Source: Ptychomitrium polyphyllum (Eukaryota). From it: a stretch of 64,000 nt of DNA. The stretch covers positions 12,214,001-12,278,000 of the forward strand of contig OZ316775.1 of assembly GCA_973851085.1 (NCBI GenBank), read 5' to 3'. The translations under genes were made by a program, and so were the position numbers. The notes beneath the pieces are model-generated. The model was not told where the DNA came from. It ran no database searches and was given only the letters and a program-made list of their open reading frames with translations. Below are positions 36,900-48,123 of the stretch, one piece after another (positions within the stretch are counted from its first letter, which is position 1; each line of letters starts with the position of its first letter).

Positions 36900-38570
36900 T
36901 AATCAGTAATTTGGTAGTTTCTTATTGGAAATCTTCATTCAAGAAAGGTTAGCTACACCAATATTATGATTTGTAACCACCAAGTATATTGCGGCTAGAT
37001 AATTCTTTATTAGAGATTTTGGATCTAAGTATAGTAATTTATATAAATTTATAGTTGATACTACCAAATGGAAGAAACATGGTAGTATTAAAGAACAAAC
37101 TATAAACTACTATAGAAATTGCTAAATAGAAAAACTTGCATATAATTATATACTCAAGAAAAAAATTGATAAATGAATCAAAGAATGGAGTGTATAACTT
37201 GTTTCATAGGAAAAGCCACATACAACACACCTTCAAGTCTTTTAGTAGAGGATTTATGTACTAGATTCAAGATCCTATAAAAATGGATTCACATTTGTTT
37301 GTTTGAACTAATAGATTATTTCTATCATTTGATAGTTATTATTGGAAGATGTCTAATAGTACCAATAGGAGAAGATTAGTAGAGAAAGCTTGGTAGTACC
37401 AAGTGTAACACTTGGTAGTCCAGTAACATTATCCTCCTTCTAAATTAAGTTTATATTTAAAAACGCAAAAATTGATCTACTCGGACATCTTCTAAATTTG
37501 AAGGCAACAAGGTGTTTGGCACGCAAAAGGAGGATTAGAATGAAGAAGAGATGTTGATGTGGTTGCATCGAGGAAAAAAATAGGAAGAAGTTAGCGTCAT
37601 ATAGATGGGGTAGAAACATCGGTAGTAGGAGGAATAGAATATGGGAAATTAGGAAAATTGGTGTCAAGCGGTAGGAGACAAGAAGTGGTAAATAAAGGAG
37701 AATTGCAAGGAATCTGAGGCAAGGGTTGATCAGTAGCCAAAGTTAAACTATCAAAATATTTGTCATCCAAGTCATAGATACTAAGAGAGACAAGAGAGTC
37801 CATTACCAGATGATCATCTTTTCACCTCTGAAAAGCTCTATTGGTAATGGTAAATAATGGCGTCCTGATTGTAGATGGCGGTATAGGCATTGTAGAGGCG
37901 TTGGCAATTTTTTATGAGTCATTTGAGTGCTTTTCGATATTGGTACTCTATCTAGTGATGGTAGACCTTGCTAGTCTTTGCTTGTTGTTGATATTACACA
38001 CACTTGGTAGTAAGTTATTCAACCTCCTATTAAAGTCCAATATCATGAGGGAGCTATTGACGAAGATTGGTTAGGTCCTACCGTGTAAAGTCCAGGTTTA
38101 AGTTGAGCTCAGTAATAAATTACTGCTGAGTGTGACTCAAGCATTGGTTATAGTCTCGTTCCAATGTTAAGGACTAGGCTTGGATTTCTTGGTGTTGTAA
38201 TTTACGTTTGGAGGTCTTGTAATCTCATAATAGCAATTAGAGCTGCTTGGTCAGCGGATTGCGTTCATCAATGATTGGTTTGGCTTGTAAAGCTAATTGT
38301 TCAAAACCAACATGAGCTTCAATCAGTAGCGGTAAGGTTTCTAACTGATGCTGTACAGCTTTCTGAAGGTTCTGTAAGTTATGGTCTATATAAGGGATGT
38401 TGTGGATATAGTTGGTTGACTAGAATGTAATATTGAAAAAAGGAGTGGGGATGGAGGCGGAGCCATTAATAGGAGGTACTAGAAAAAAAAAAAAGGATTA
38501 GCGGAGGTAAAGGATGGAATAGGTGTAGGAGGAAGGGTAGAAGCTAAGGGTGTGGGGTACTTGGGTGTTG
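36900..38570 (-). mobile_element. 3' end of a family F LTR element: decayed extra ORF, PPT, 3' LTR starting at 37428
   Basis: Minus strand reads tttagaaggaggataa then TGTTACTGG at 37428. LTR homologous to 46077-46476 and 62574-63029. The left boundary is approximate. Confidence 0.65.
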
Positions 38571-40085
38571 TCAACTTAATAATTCACACATTCTTACACA
38601 TGTATATAATGTGTAAAATTTGCATTGTAGTTTATGCAAAAAACATCTAATCTAATCTAGTTTTTTATTTTACCAATTATAACACACTTAATACATAGTA
38701 TAGAGCCATATAAATCATTCCATTGGTATGGGTGAATAAAACTATAGGATTAGACTGGTTGAAAGTCGAGATTCTAAATGCTTCCAAGCAATAGACACCC
38801 TAATCTAATAAGATGATAACATTCATACTTGCATACACTTATAGGAATAATAAATATATGTGATCAACATTACAAAATAAAAAGGACCTAGTCAACAACT
38901 TGACCTAGTAGGGACAATTAGACCTCTTTGCACTTTGGCAATTGTATCTTCCTTGTTGTTGCTTCAAACTCCTTAAAACCAAGCTCTTTAAGAAGCTAGC
39001 TTAATAGTGCTTGTTTTTTCCAAAATCCAGACCTTGATTCAACTCTACCTCCAAGATCTTGCCTTCCAATGTTGGTGCCTCAATACTGTATTGGCAGTGG
39101 ATCCCCTTGCACTTCGGCGGTTGAATCTCCTTTATCTTTACGTGGAATAAAAAAAAGCTTAGGTTTATAAAAATCGACTTGACAAATCTTGTGCTCACCA
39201 ATTTTGGCCTTCTTTATTGTCTTTAAGTCTAAAATCTTGCTCTCCAAAGTCCATTCTTTAATACGATGTTGGCAAGGGACTCATTTGCACTTTGGCGGTT
39301 GTATCTTTCTTGTCCTTTGGCCAAATTATATAAGCCTTAGCTTTCTAGAATTCCTATTGTATCTAAGTTGAATCTAATAAGTTTCACAACCAACCCTTTC
39401 TTACTCTAGCTGTATTTGCAATTCTAAGCTACAGTCTTTTTAATTCTAGCTCTAACTACCTTCCTATTTCTGTAACGGACATAGATCATGCAACATAGTC
39501 CTTAGAACATTCTAGAATCTTCTAGTATCCTATCATAGCTTCTTAAAATACATTTAAATGTCTCCATAGCCTTTCCATGTTTTTAAGAAGCTTCCTAGGA
39601 AAGTTCTTCCACCTTAAGAAACTTCCTAAGAAGGTTCTATTGTCTTAGGTAACTTCTTAAGAAACATCCTACGAAGATTCCATCATTTTAGGAAACTTCC
39701 TAGGAAGGTTCTACTTCTATAGGAAACTTCCTAAGAAGATTGCGCTACCTTAGGAAACTTCCAAGGAAGATTCCAACTCCTTAGAAGACTCTTAGGAAGG
39801 TTCCAACATCTTATGAAACTTCTTGGGAAGGTTCCTTAGACTTCTAGAACATTCTTAAGCCTTGTAGGAAGCTTTTTTAGAAGTATCTTAGGAGATACAA
39901 ACGTCATAGTATAAATAGGAGGCAAGACAAGCTATTCCTTAGTCTTGCCAACACAAGTTGTGGATCATCTTGAATCCTGCCTTGTTCTAGTTTTGTATCA
40001 AGTTCTGGTTAATCATTAGCTCTTTGGAAGCTAATTCTTGGAAAACACTTTGTTTCTGCTTCTTGTTTCATATGTCCCTAACAGT

Positions 40086-40097
40086 TTGGCAAGACTA
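40086..40097 (+). promoter_or_regulatory. Candidate self-priming PBS of copy A
   Basis: ttggcaagacta, 2 nt after the LTR end, is the exact reverse complement of tagtcttgccaa at 39940-39951, which starts 30 nt after the TATAAATA at 39910. Confidence 0.8.
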
Positions 40098-41311
40098 TTC
40101 TTCATCTTTGTCAGAGCTAAGGTTCTTTGAAGAAGATTGTGAATTATCCATCTTCATTAGAATTCCATAGCGTCTTAGAGGTTACGGATTACCCTCCTCT
40201 AAGCTGGCACCATAGAGTTGGTATCTCCTTTTAGAACCAAGTACTACTTCTTTCAAAGGACGTGGATTTTTTTCCTTTGAAGATACTCATAGTCTAATTG
40301 TCTATGACAGTCTTAAGAAATGGATAACGTGCCTGGAATATTAGAGAATAGGTATGCAACTATTGCAAACCTTCAAGAATTATTAAACACAGTTCAAACG
40401 GAACTCATCCGTTTCAACACCATCAACAATTTGGAGCAACACACTCGGCAAGCTGAAGAATCTAATGGTGATATTCAAAGTCTATATCAAGAAGTTGTTT
40501 GATTGCGTGAGAACAATATTAGAAGGGAAAGCTTACTTCAAACCCATACAAAGCCAAAGATTAGCATGCCACACAAGATCGATGGATCAAGATCAAAATT
40601 AAGAGGCTTTGTTCAACAAGTAAGACTCTTCCTTAGTTTGCATCAATCTCGCTATCTTGATGGGACAACTCAAGTGGGATTTGTGGCCACTCATTTATCA
40701 AACAATGCACTATTGTGGTTTGCACCCCTAATGGAGAAGCAGTCACCAATATTGAACAATTTAGATGCTTTTATAGAAGCATTGACATCTACTTTTGGAG
40801 ACACCAACCGAGAGAGGGTGGCTGAAATAAGGATCCAAAATCTCCAACAAGGACAGCGCTCAGCTGCTACATATGCTGCAGAGTTTCGACAATTAGCTTG
40901 CGACCGTAATTGGAATGATAAAGCCTTGGTTACACAATTTTGATGGAGCTTAAGAGAGAATGTCAAGGACTTGCTACTCACAATGCCAAGAGTTGAAACA
41001 TTGAACGAATTTATCACTCAAGCAATAGCATATGACAACAGATTATTTGAGAGGCGCCAAAAACAACGCTTGGGATGGCGACCAGTATATCAAAGCATGT
41101 CTACCACTTCTTCAAGACTATTGAAAAGTCGACCACAAGGACCAGAACCTATGCAAATTGATGTTGTTCAGTTTAGATGTTTGACTCCAGAAGAAAAAGA
41201 AAGGCATCAAAGATAAAACCTATGTTTGTATTGTGGCAAGTCTGGACATAAACTGTACAATTGCCAAATCAAAGGATCTGCCTTTAAGGCTCAGAGTACA
41301 ATGGTGGAGTT

Positions 41312-41356
41312 GGAAAACGAGGCTGTCCAGTCACAATAGGGACCATGCGATTGGAC
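41312..41356 (+). promoter_or_regulatory. Candidate -1 ribosomal frameshift signal between gag and pol
   Basis: G GAA AAC in the gag frame, 6-nt spacer, stem 41325-41335 pairing with 41346-41356. The pol frame (ORF at 41345) is -1 relative to gag. Confidence 0.8.
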
Positions 41357-44300
41357 ACCACAAGGAAACCACCATCGAATCAAAGTCTCTTACTACCTTC
41401 AAGCCTTACTTCTTATTTTACATTTTCTATCAAAATTAAATTGTTAGATGATGAAATAATTAGTGAGGCTCTATTAGACACTAGTTCAACAGCATGTTTT
41501 ATGGACAAGGATTTTGCAACCAAACATCACATGGTGTTTGTGAAGAAAAAATGCCTTGCACCTGTTGAAGTTATTGATGGATGATCTCTTGTGTCTGGCA
41601 ACGTTATTGAAGAAACTCAACCTTTGGAGGTTGTTTTAGGAGATCAGGCATCTAAGATTGTCTTCAATATCATTTAATGCCGAACGAATCCTATTGTTTT
41701 GGGCCTTCCTTGGTTTGAATTACATAATCCAAACATTGATTGGCGCTCACGAAGTGTGGTCTCAAGAAAAAGACGTCAAGGTACGAGAAATCTTGGACCA
41801 TCATTTATTGGAGCTAAGGCATTTATGAAAGCGGCGAAGGATGAATCAATCTATGCCGTTTATGCCACGCCAATGTCTAGCTCTACAATAGAGACTAATA
41901 AAAACATACCTCGTCAATATCAAGATTATAAAGACGTTTTTGAGAAGAAGAATGCAGACATGTTACTAAAGCACCGGCCTTACGATTGTACCATTGAATT
42001 GCAAGAAGGAGCCCAACCACCTTTTGGACTTATTTATAACTTATCACAAACTGAGTTGGCTGCCTTGAGAGAATATATTGATGAAAACCTTGGAAAGGGT
42101 TTCATTCAATACTCTAAATCACCTGCTGGAACACCCATTCTATTTATAAAGAAGAAAGATGGATCATTACGTATGTGCGTGGACTATCAAGGCGTTGATA
42201 AAGTAACAAAAAAAGAATTGCTATCCATTACCATTAATTTTAAGAATCCTACAACAACTTGGCCAAGCAAAGATATACATCAAAATTGATCTTAAAGGAA
42301 CCTACAATCTTGTATGCATCAAAGAAGGAGACAAATGGAAGACAGCTTTTTAATTTGGGTATGGCCATTTTGAATACAATGTCATGCCTTTTGGCCTTAT
42401 TAATGCCCCCGTAGTCTTCTTACATATGATAAATGATATCTTCCATGAATATCTGGATGATTTTGTAGTCATCTACTTAGATGATATTTTGATATATTCA
42501 AAGGATGAACAAGACCATGAATGTTATGTGCAATTAATATTAAAAAAATTATGCCAGCGTGGATTACATGCCAAATTAGAGAAGTGCCTTTTCCATGAAT
42601 CCTCGATTGAAATTTTAGGCTACATCATTTCTAAAGGAAGAATCCATATGGATAAGAAAAAAAAAAAACACTGTTATGAAGTGGAGTACGCGAAGACCAT
42701 TTTGAGATGTTCAATTCTTTTTGGAATTTGCAAACTTCTACAAGATATTCATCAAAGATTATTCCAAAATTGCGGCACCATTAACATGTCATACGAGGAA
42801 GCAAAAATTCATTTGGGATGAAGAGGCAAAAAAGGCATTTCAAAGTCTAAAGAAGTGATTCACGTCGGCTCCAATCATTATTGATCTTTATCCATTAAAG
42901 CCTTTTTATTTGGAAACGGATGCCTCAAATTTTGTGCTTGGCTCAATACTCTCTCAATATGATGAAGATGGAAGACTTCACCTTCTTGCTTTTTGTTCAA
43001 GAAAGTTCTCAGCGGCAAAGATCAACTATGATATACATGATATAGAAGTACTTGCAACCGTGGATGCATTTGAGGGATGGCGACATTTTTTGGAAATAAA
43101 TCAACATACCATCAAGATATTCATAGACCAAAGAACTTGGTGTTTTTCATAAGTGCATCTGTTTTGAATTGCCGTCAAGCAAGGTGGGGTATGTTGCTTT
43201 CCAAATTTGATTTTGTCATTACATGTTGACTTGATAGCCTACAAAGTAAGCTAGATGCCTTATCTCGAAGATCTTATTTAGCTCTTCAACTTATAAATTA
43301 TGTTTTGGATCAACAAAGGACTATTTTATTGAAGCCACAAAATCTTCAATTGAAAGCAGCGATTATTACCACGACATCCCATCTCGACAAAATTTGGAGG
43401 GCCTTGAAGAATGATGTCTTTCTTTCAAATATAAAGAAGCGCCTCAAAAACAACGGAGATCCTTCAAATAATGATGAAGACTTTAAATTCCAAGAGGGCC
43501 TACTTTATTATAAAGAACTTTTGTACCTACCTCCAAGCCCTTTGCGATTGAAGATCTTTCAAGCACGTCATGATCTTCCAGCAGCAGGGCATTTTGGATT
43601 CAATAAAACAAAAGAGTTGATTGCTAGAAGCTATTCGTGGCCGTAAATGTGAAAATACGTAAAGTACTTTGTTTGATCATGCAACACTTGTGCAAGGGCC
43701 AAGGTACCAAGACACCAACTTCATGGTCTCCTCCATCCGCTTCTAGTGCCAAATGGTCCATGGTTGTCATTGTGAATGGATTTTATTACGAACCTTCAAA
43801 ACTCTGATTTTAAGGATTCTATTTTGGTAGTGGTGGATCGGTTTACCAAAATGGAACATTTCATTCCATGCAACAAGACGGTAGCGAGAGAAGAAACTGC
43901 CAAGTTGTTCATAAATCACGTCTACCGCATACATGGACTATCAAATGATATTGTTTCGATCAAGGGCCGCAGTTCATTTCCAACTTTTGGAGGGTTTTGT
44001 TCTAGCTGTTGCACGTAAAGATCAACTTTTTCTTCAGCACATCATCCGCAGACTGATGGTCAAACCAAATGTGTGAATCAAATGTTTGAGCAGTACCTTT
44101 GTTGCAGCATAAACTACTAGGAAGGCAATTGAATGGAACTCTTACCTATGGCAGAGTTTGCTTACAACTATACAATGCATTCTTTAACAATTCAAATCCA
44201 TTCTTTGAAAACTATAGCCATCATCCTCGAGCATACCCGTTTCAAATGAAACATATTGAAAGTCCAGCAGCAAAGGATTTTGCAACTCAACTTGCTAAAA

Positions 44301-46076
44301 TCCACCAAGAACTTGCTCTCCAATTATAACAAGCTCAAGATCGTTATAAAACTTATGCAAATTGTCATCGGAAGGACCATCCAAAGTTCAAGGTCAAAGA
44401 CAGCGTATGGCTCCTACGACAAAACATACAGACATAAAGATTGTCGAAGAAGCTGGACTATCAAAGGTTGGGACCATTTGAAATCAGCAAACAGATAAAT
44501 CCAAATAGTTATTGCCTCAAACTACCACCAACCGTGCAAATTCATCTAGTATTCCACTTATCTTTGCTAGAAATTTACAACAAGTCATGTATACTAGAGA
44601 TGATTGTTCCTCCGCCTCCTCTTGTGGAAATCAATAATGAAATGGAGTATGAAGTCGAAGAGATTTTAGATTTACGCATCAAGAATGGACATGTAGAGTA
44701 CCTTATATATTGGCAAGGATATGGCATCAATGACCAAACATGGGAACCTTCAATAAACGTGATGAATGCGTTTGACAAAGTATGCAAATTTCATCAAAGA
44801 TATCCCCAGAAACCAAGTTAGTAATAATGTGTTATCAGTAGCCGTTAGCTTCATGAAGAAGTTTTTTCCATAGGTGAGTATAAAAAAGAGGAAGAGATAT
44901 CCAACCTTCAATTGTATGCAGCATTATTTCCAAAATAGATCATCTTCAAATCCTAGTTAGTATGTCAAATCTTCATGTTATCATGGATATGCGTGAAGAG
45001 TAGTTGACTGTGCCTTCTTCAACCGTAACACTTGTTGAACCAACTCAACTTTATCAACCTTCAGTACCAAAGGATTTAAGCCAAGATATGAGAAAGACAT
45101 TCCAACGTTGAATGCGACTTCATGCAGAAGTATTGGCTAGCCGCCTTTCACATTCTAGTCTTGATTCAGATGCTCAAACTCTAGTCATCTTGTTAGAAGT
45201 TGGAAGAGTTACTCCTAGAGGACCACAGATCTTATTTGGAGGATGTTTTGAAGGACTTAATCAAGATCAAATCTTGGACTAGGACATTTCAACAATAGAG
45301 GTCTTGGTTGGTGGTCATTGGCGCTTCTTACAAGGACTAGTTGAAGCAGTGAGCAAAATACAACAAACAAATTATGTTGCTTCTTTTCTTTGACAAGTTT
45401 TGAGATTTGTGAATATGTGACGAGCAAGCCATAAGAAGAACTCTTCATGGGACTTGTTGCTAAAATAGGGAGGTGATGTCACGGACATAAATCATGCAAT
45501 ATAGTCTTTAGAACCTTCTGGAACCTTCTGGTATATTATAGTAGTTTTTTAGAATACTTTCAATGTCTCCGTAATCGTTTCCAATTCTTTAGAAGCTTCT
45601 TAGGAAGGTTCAAACATCTTGGAAGACTTTCTTTGCATGTTCTGCCGCCTTATGATTTTTTCTAGGAAGATTACATTTCCTCAAGAAGCTTCGTAGGAAG
45701 GTTTTTCTTGTTTAGGAATTTTTGCATGAAGCTTCTTCCGCTTGATAGTTCCTAGTGAAGGTTTGAACTCCTTGGAAACTTTTTAGGAAGGTTCCAACAT
45801 TTTTGGATTCTTCTTGAGAAGATTCCATTGACTTTTAAAACATTCTTAAGCCTTGTAGGATGCTTTTCTTGAAGTGTCTTAGGAGATACAAGCGTCATAG
45901 TGTAAAGAAGAAGCAAGACAAGGTATACCATGGTGTTGGTAGCACAAATTGTGGATCAATTTGTATCTTGCCTTGTTCTAGTCTTTGTATCTTGTTCTTC
46001 TTAATCATTAGCTCTCTAGAAGCTAATTCTTGGAAAACACTATTTTTTTAGCTTCTTGTTTTGTGTGTTCATAATA

Positions 46077-46615
46077 TTTGGTGAAAAAATTAGAAGTAGG
46101 AATTCCAAATAAAAACTCTTGGAACATACAACTAGTCGAGTCATATTGTAGAACTTGCTAAAATGAAAGAACATATATAAGAGACACATTACACAAAAAT
46201 GAAGTTGATGCCTAATCTGAATATAGAATGTATAACTTGTTTCATGGAAAAAACAAAATACAATACACACTCAATTCTTTTAGGTGAGGATTTAAATACT
46301 ATATAATAATAGATCTATATCTGTTGTTTGAACTAACAAACTATTACTATCATCTGGTAGTTACTGTTAGAGATGTCCAATAGTAACCACCAAAAGGTGT
46401 CTTGTAATATCGATAAGGGAAGAGCGGTAGTAGAAGTCCACTAGTACTAAATATAACATCCAATACGCCGATAATATTATTTCCTTATTAAACTAAGTAT
46501 ACTTCTAGAAACTACCAAATCAAACTATTTGGACCTCTCTTTAATTTGAAGTTGACAAGGTGTATAGAATGTGGAAAGAAGAATAAAATCACGAAGAAAG
46601 GTAGGTATAGTAGCA
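46077..46615 (-). mobile_element. Family F LTR fragment with adjacent PPT-side sequence (repeated at 47557-48095)
   Basis: Colinear with 37050-37560. Confidence 0.6.
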
Positions 46616-46953
46616 AGATTACAACAAAGAGAATAGAATTGATTTTTGGGATACAAAGAACAAAAACCAAAAAAAAAATGTTTCTTAAGAATTAGCTAAT
46701 AAAAACTAATGATTTACAAGAATAAACATACAGACTAGACCATAGCAGAAAACAAAACAATCCACAACTTAGGTTAGCAAAACTAAGATAAACCTTATCT
46801 TGCCTCTTAATTAAACAAAGATGCCTATAATCCCAAAATCTACTTCTGAATAAGCATCCTATAAAGCTATAGAATGTTTTAGACATCTAAAAATCCTTCT
46901 TATAAAATCTTCCAAGATGTTTGAACCTTCCTAAGAAGCTTCTAAAGAATTGG

Positions 46954-47053
46954 NNNNNNNNNNNNNNNNNNNNNNNNNNNNNNNNNNNNNNNNNNNNNNN
47001 NNNNNNNNNNNNNNNNNNNNNNNNNNNNNNNNNNNNNNNNNNNNNNNNNNNNN
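46954..47053. other. 100-N assembly gap flanked by an exact 1.38 kb direct duplication (45574-46953 = 47054-48433)
   Basis: Identical ORFs offset by 1480 bp (45860/47340, 46040/47520, 46692/48172). Confidence 0.95.
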
Positions 47054-48123
47054 ATCGTTTCCAATTCTTTAGAAGCTTCTTAGGAAGGTTCAAACATCTT
47101 GGAAGACTTTCTTTGCATGTTCTGCCGCCTTATGATTTTTTCTAGGAAGATTACATTTCCTCAAGAAGCTTCGTAGGAAGGTTTTTCTTGTTTAGGAATT
47201 TTTGCATGAAGCTTCTTCCGCTTGATAGTTCCTAGTGAAGGTTTGAACTCCTTGGAAACTTTTTAGGAAGGTTCCAACATTTTTGGATTCTTCTTGAGAA
47301 GATTCCATTGACTTTTAAAACATTCTTAAGCCTTGTAGGATGCTTTTCTTGAAGTGTCTTAGGAGATACAAGCGTCATAGTGTAAAGAAGAAGCAAGACA
47401 AGGTATACCATGGTGTTGGTAGCACAAATTGTGGATCAATTTGTATCTTGCCTTGTTCTAGTCTTTGTATCTTGTTCTTCTTAATCATTAGCTCTCTAGA
47501 AGCTAATTCTTGGAAAACACTATTTTTTTAGCTTCTTGTTTTGTGTGTTCATAATATTTGGTGAAAAAATTAGAAGTAGGAATTCCAAATAAAAACTCTT
47601 GGAACATACAACTAGTCGAGTCATATTGTAGAACTTGCTAAAATGAAAGAACATATATAAGAGACACATTACACAAAAATGAAGTTGATGCCTAATCTGA
47701 ATATAGAATGTATAACTTGTTTCATGGAAAAAACAAAATACAATACACACTCAATTCTTTTAGGTGAGGATTTAAATACTATATAATAATAGATCTATAT
47801 CTGTTGTTTGAACTAACAAACTATTACTATCATCTGGTAGTTACTGTTAGAGATGTCCAATAGTAACCACCAAAAGGTGTCTTGTAATATCGATAAGGGA
47901 AGAGCGGTAGTAGAAGTCCACTAGTACTAAATATAACATCCAATACGCCGATAATATTATTTCCTTATTAAACTAAGTATACTTCTAGAAACTACCAAAT
48001 CAAACTATTTGGACCTCTCTTTAATTTGAAGTTGACAAGGTGTATAGAATGTGGAAAGAAGAATAAAATCACGAAGAAAGGTAGGTATAGTAGCAAGATT
48101 ACAACAAAGAGAATAGAATTGAT

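Larger units (their letters stand above)
39471..46076 (+). mobile_element. Ty3/gypsy chromovirus copy A (Tcn1-like): 5' LTR 39471-40083, gag, pol with chromodomain, 3' LTR 45477-46076
   Basis: Gag from 40320 (KPKISMP, QGQRSAATYAAEFRQLA, GPEPMQID, CLYCGKSGHKLYNC), protease ALLDTSS, RT KKDGSLRMCVDY and YLDDILIYS, RNase H ETDASNF, integrase, chromodomain 44441..44821, PPT aaaatagggaggtga. The LTRs are markedly diverged and no TSD is seen. Confidence 0.95.

Noticed and set aside
34556..36900. Further LTR-like pieces (PPT plus TGTCAAC at ~36149 minus; tgtcaac at ~38569)
   Set aside because: Could not define both ends or a TSD, so they were not called as features.
46887..47145. ORFs containing X runs
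   Set aside because: They read through the N gap.
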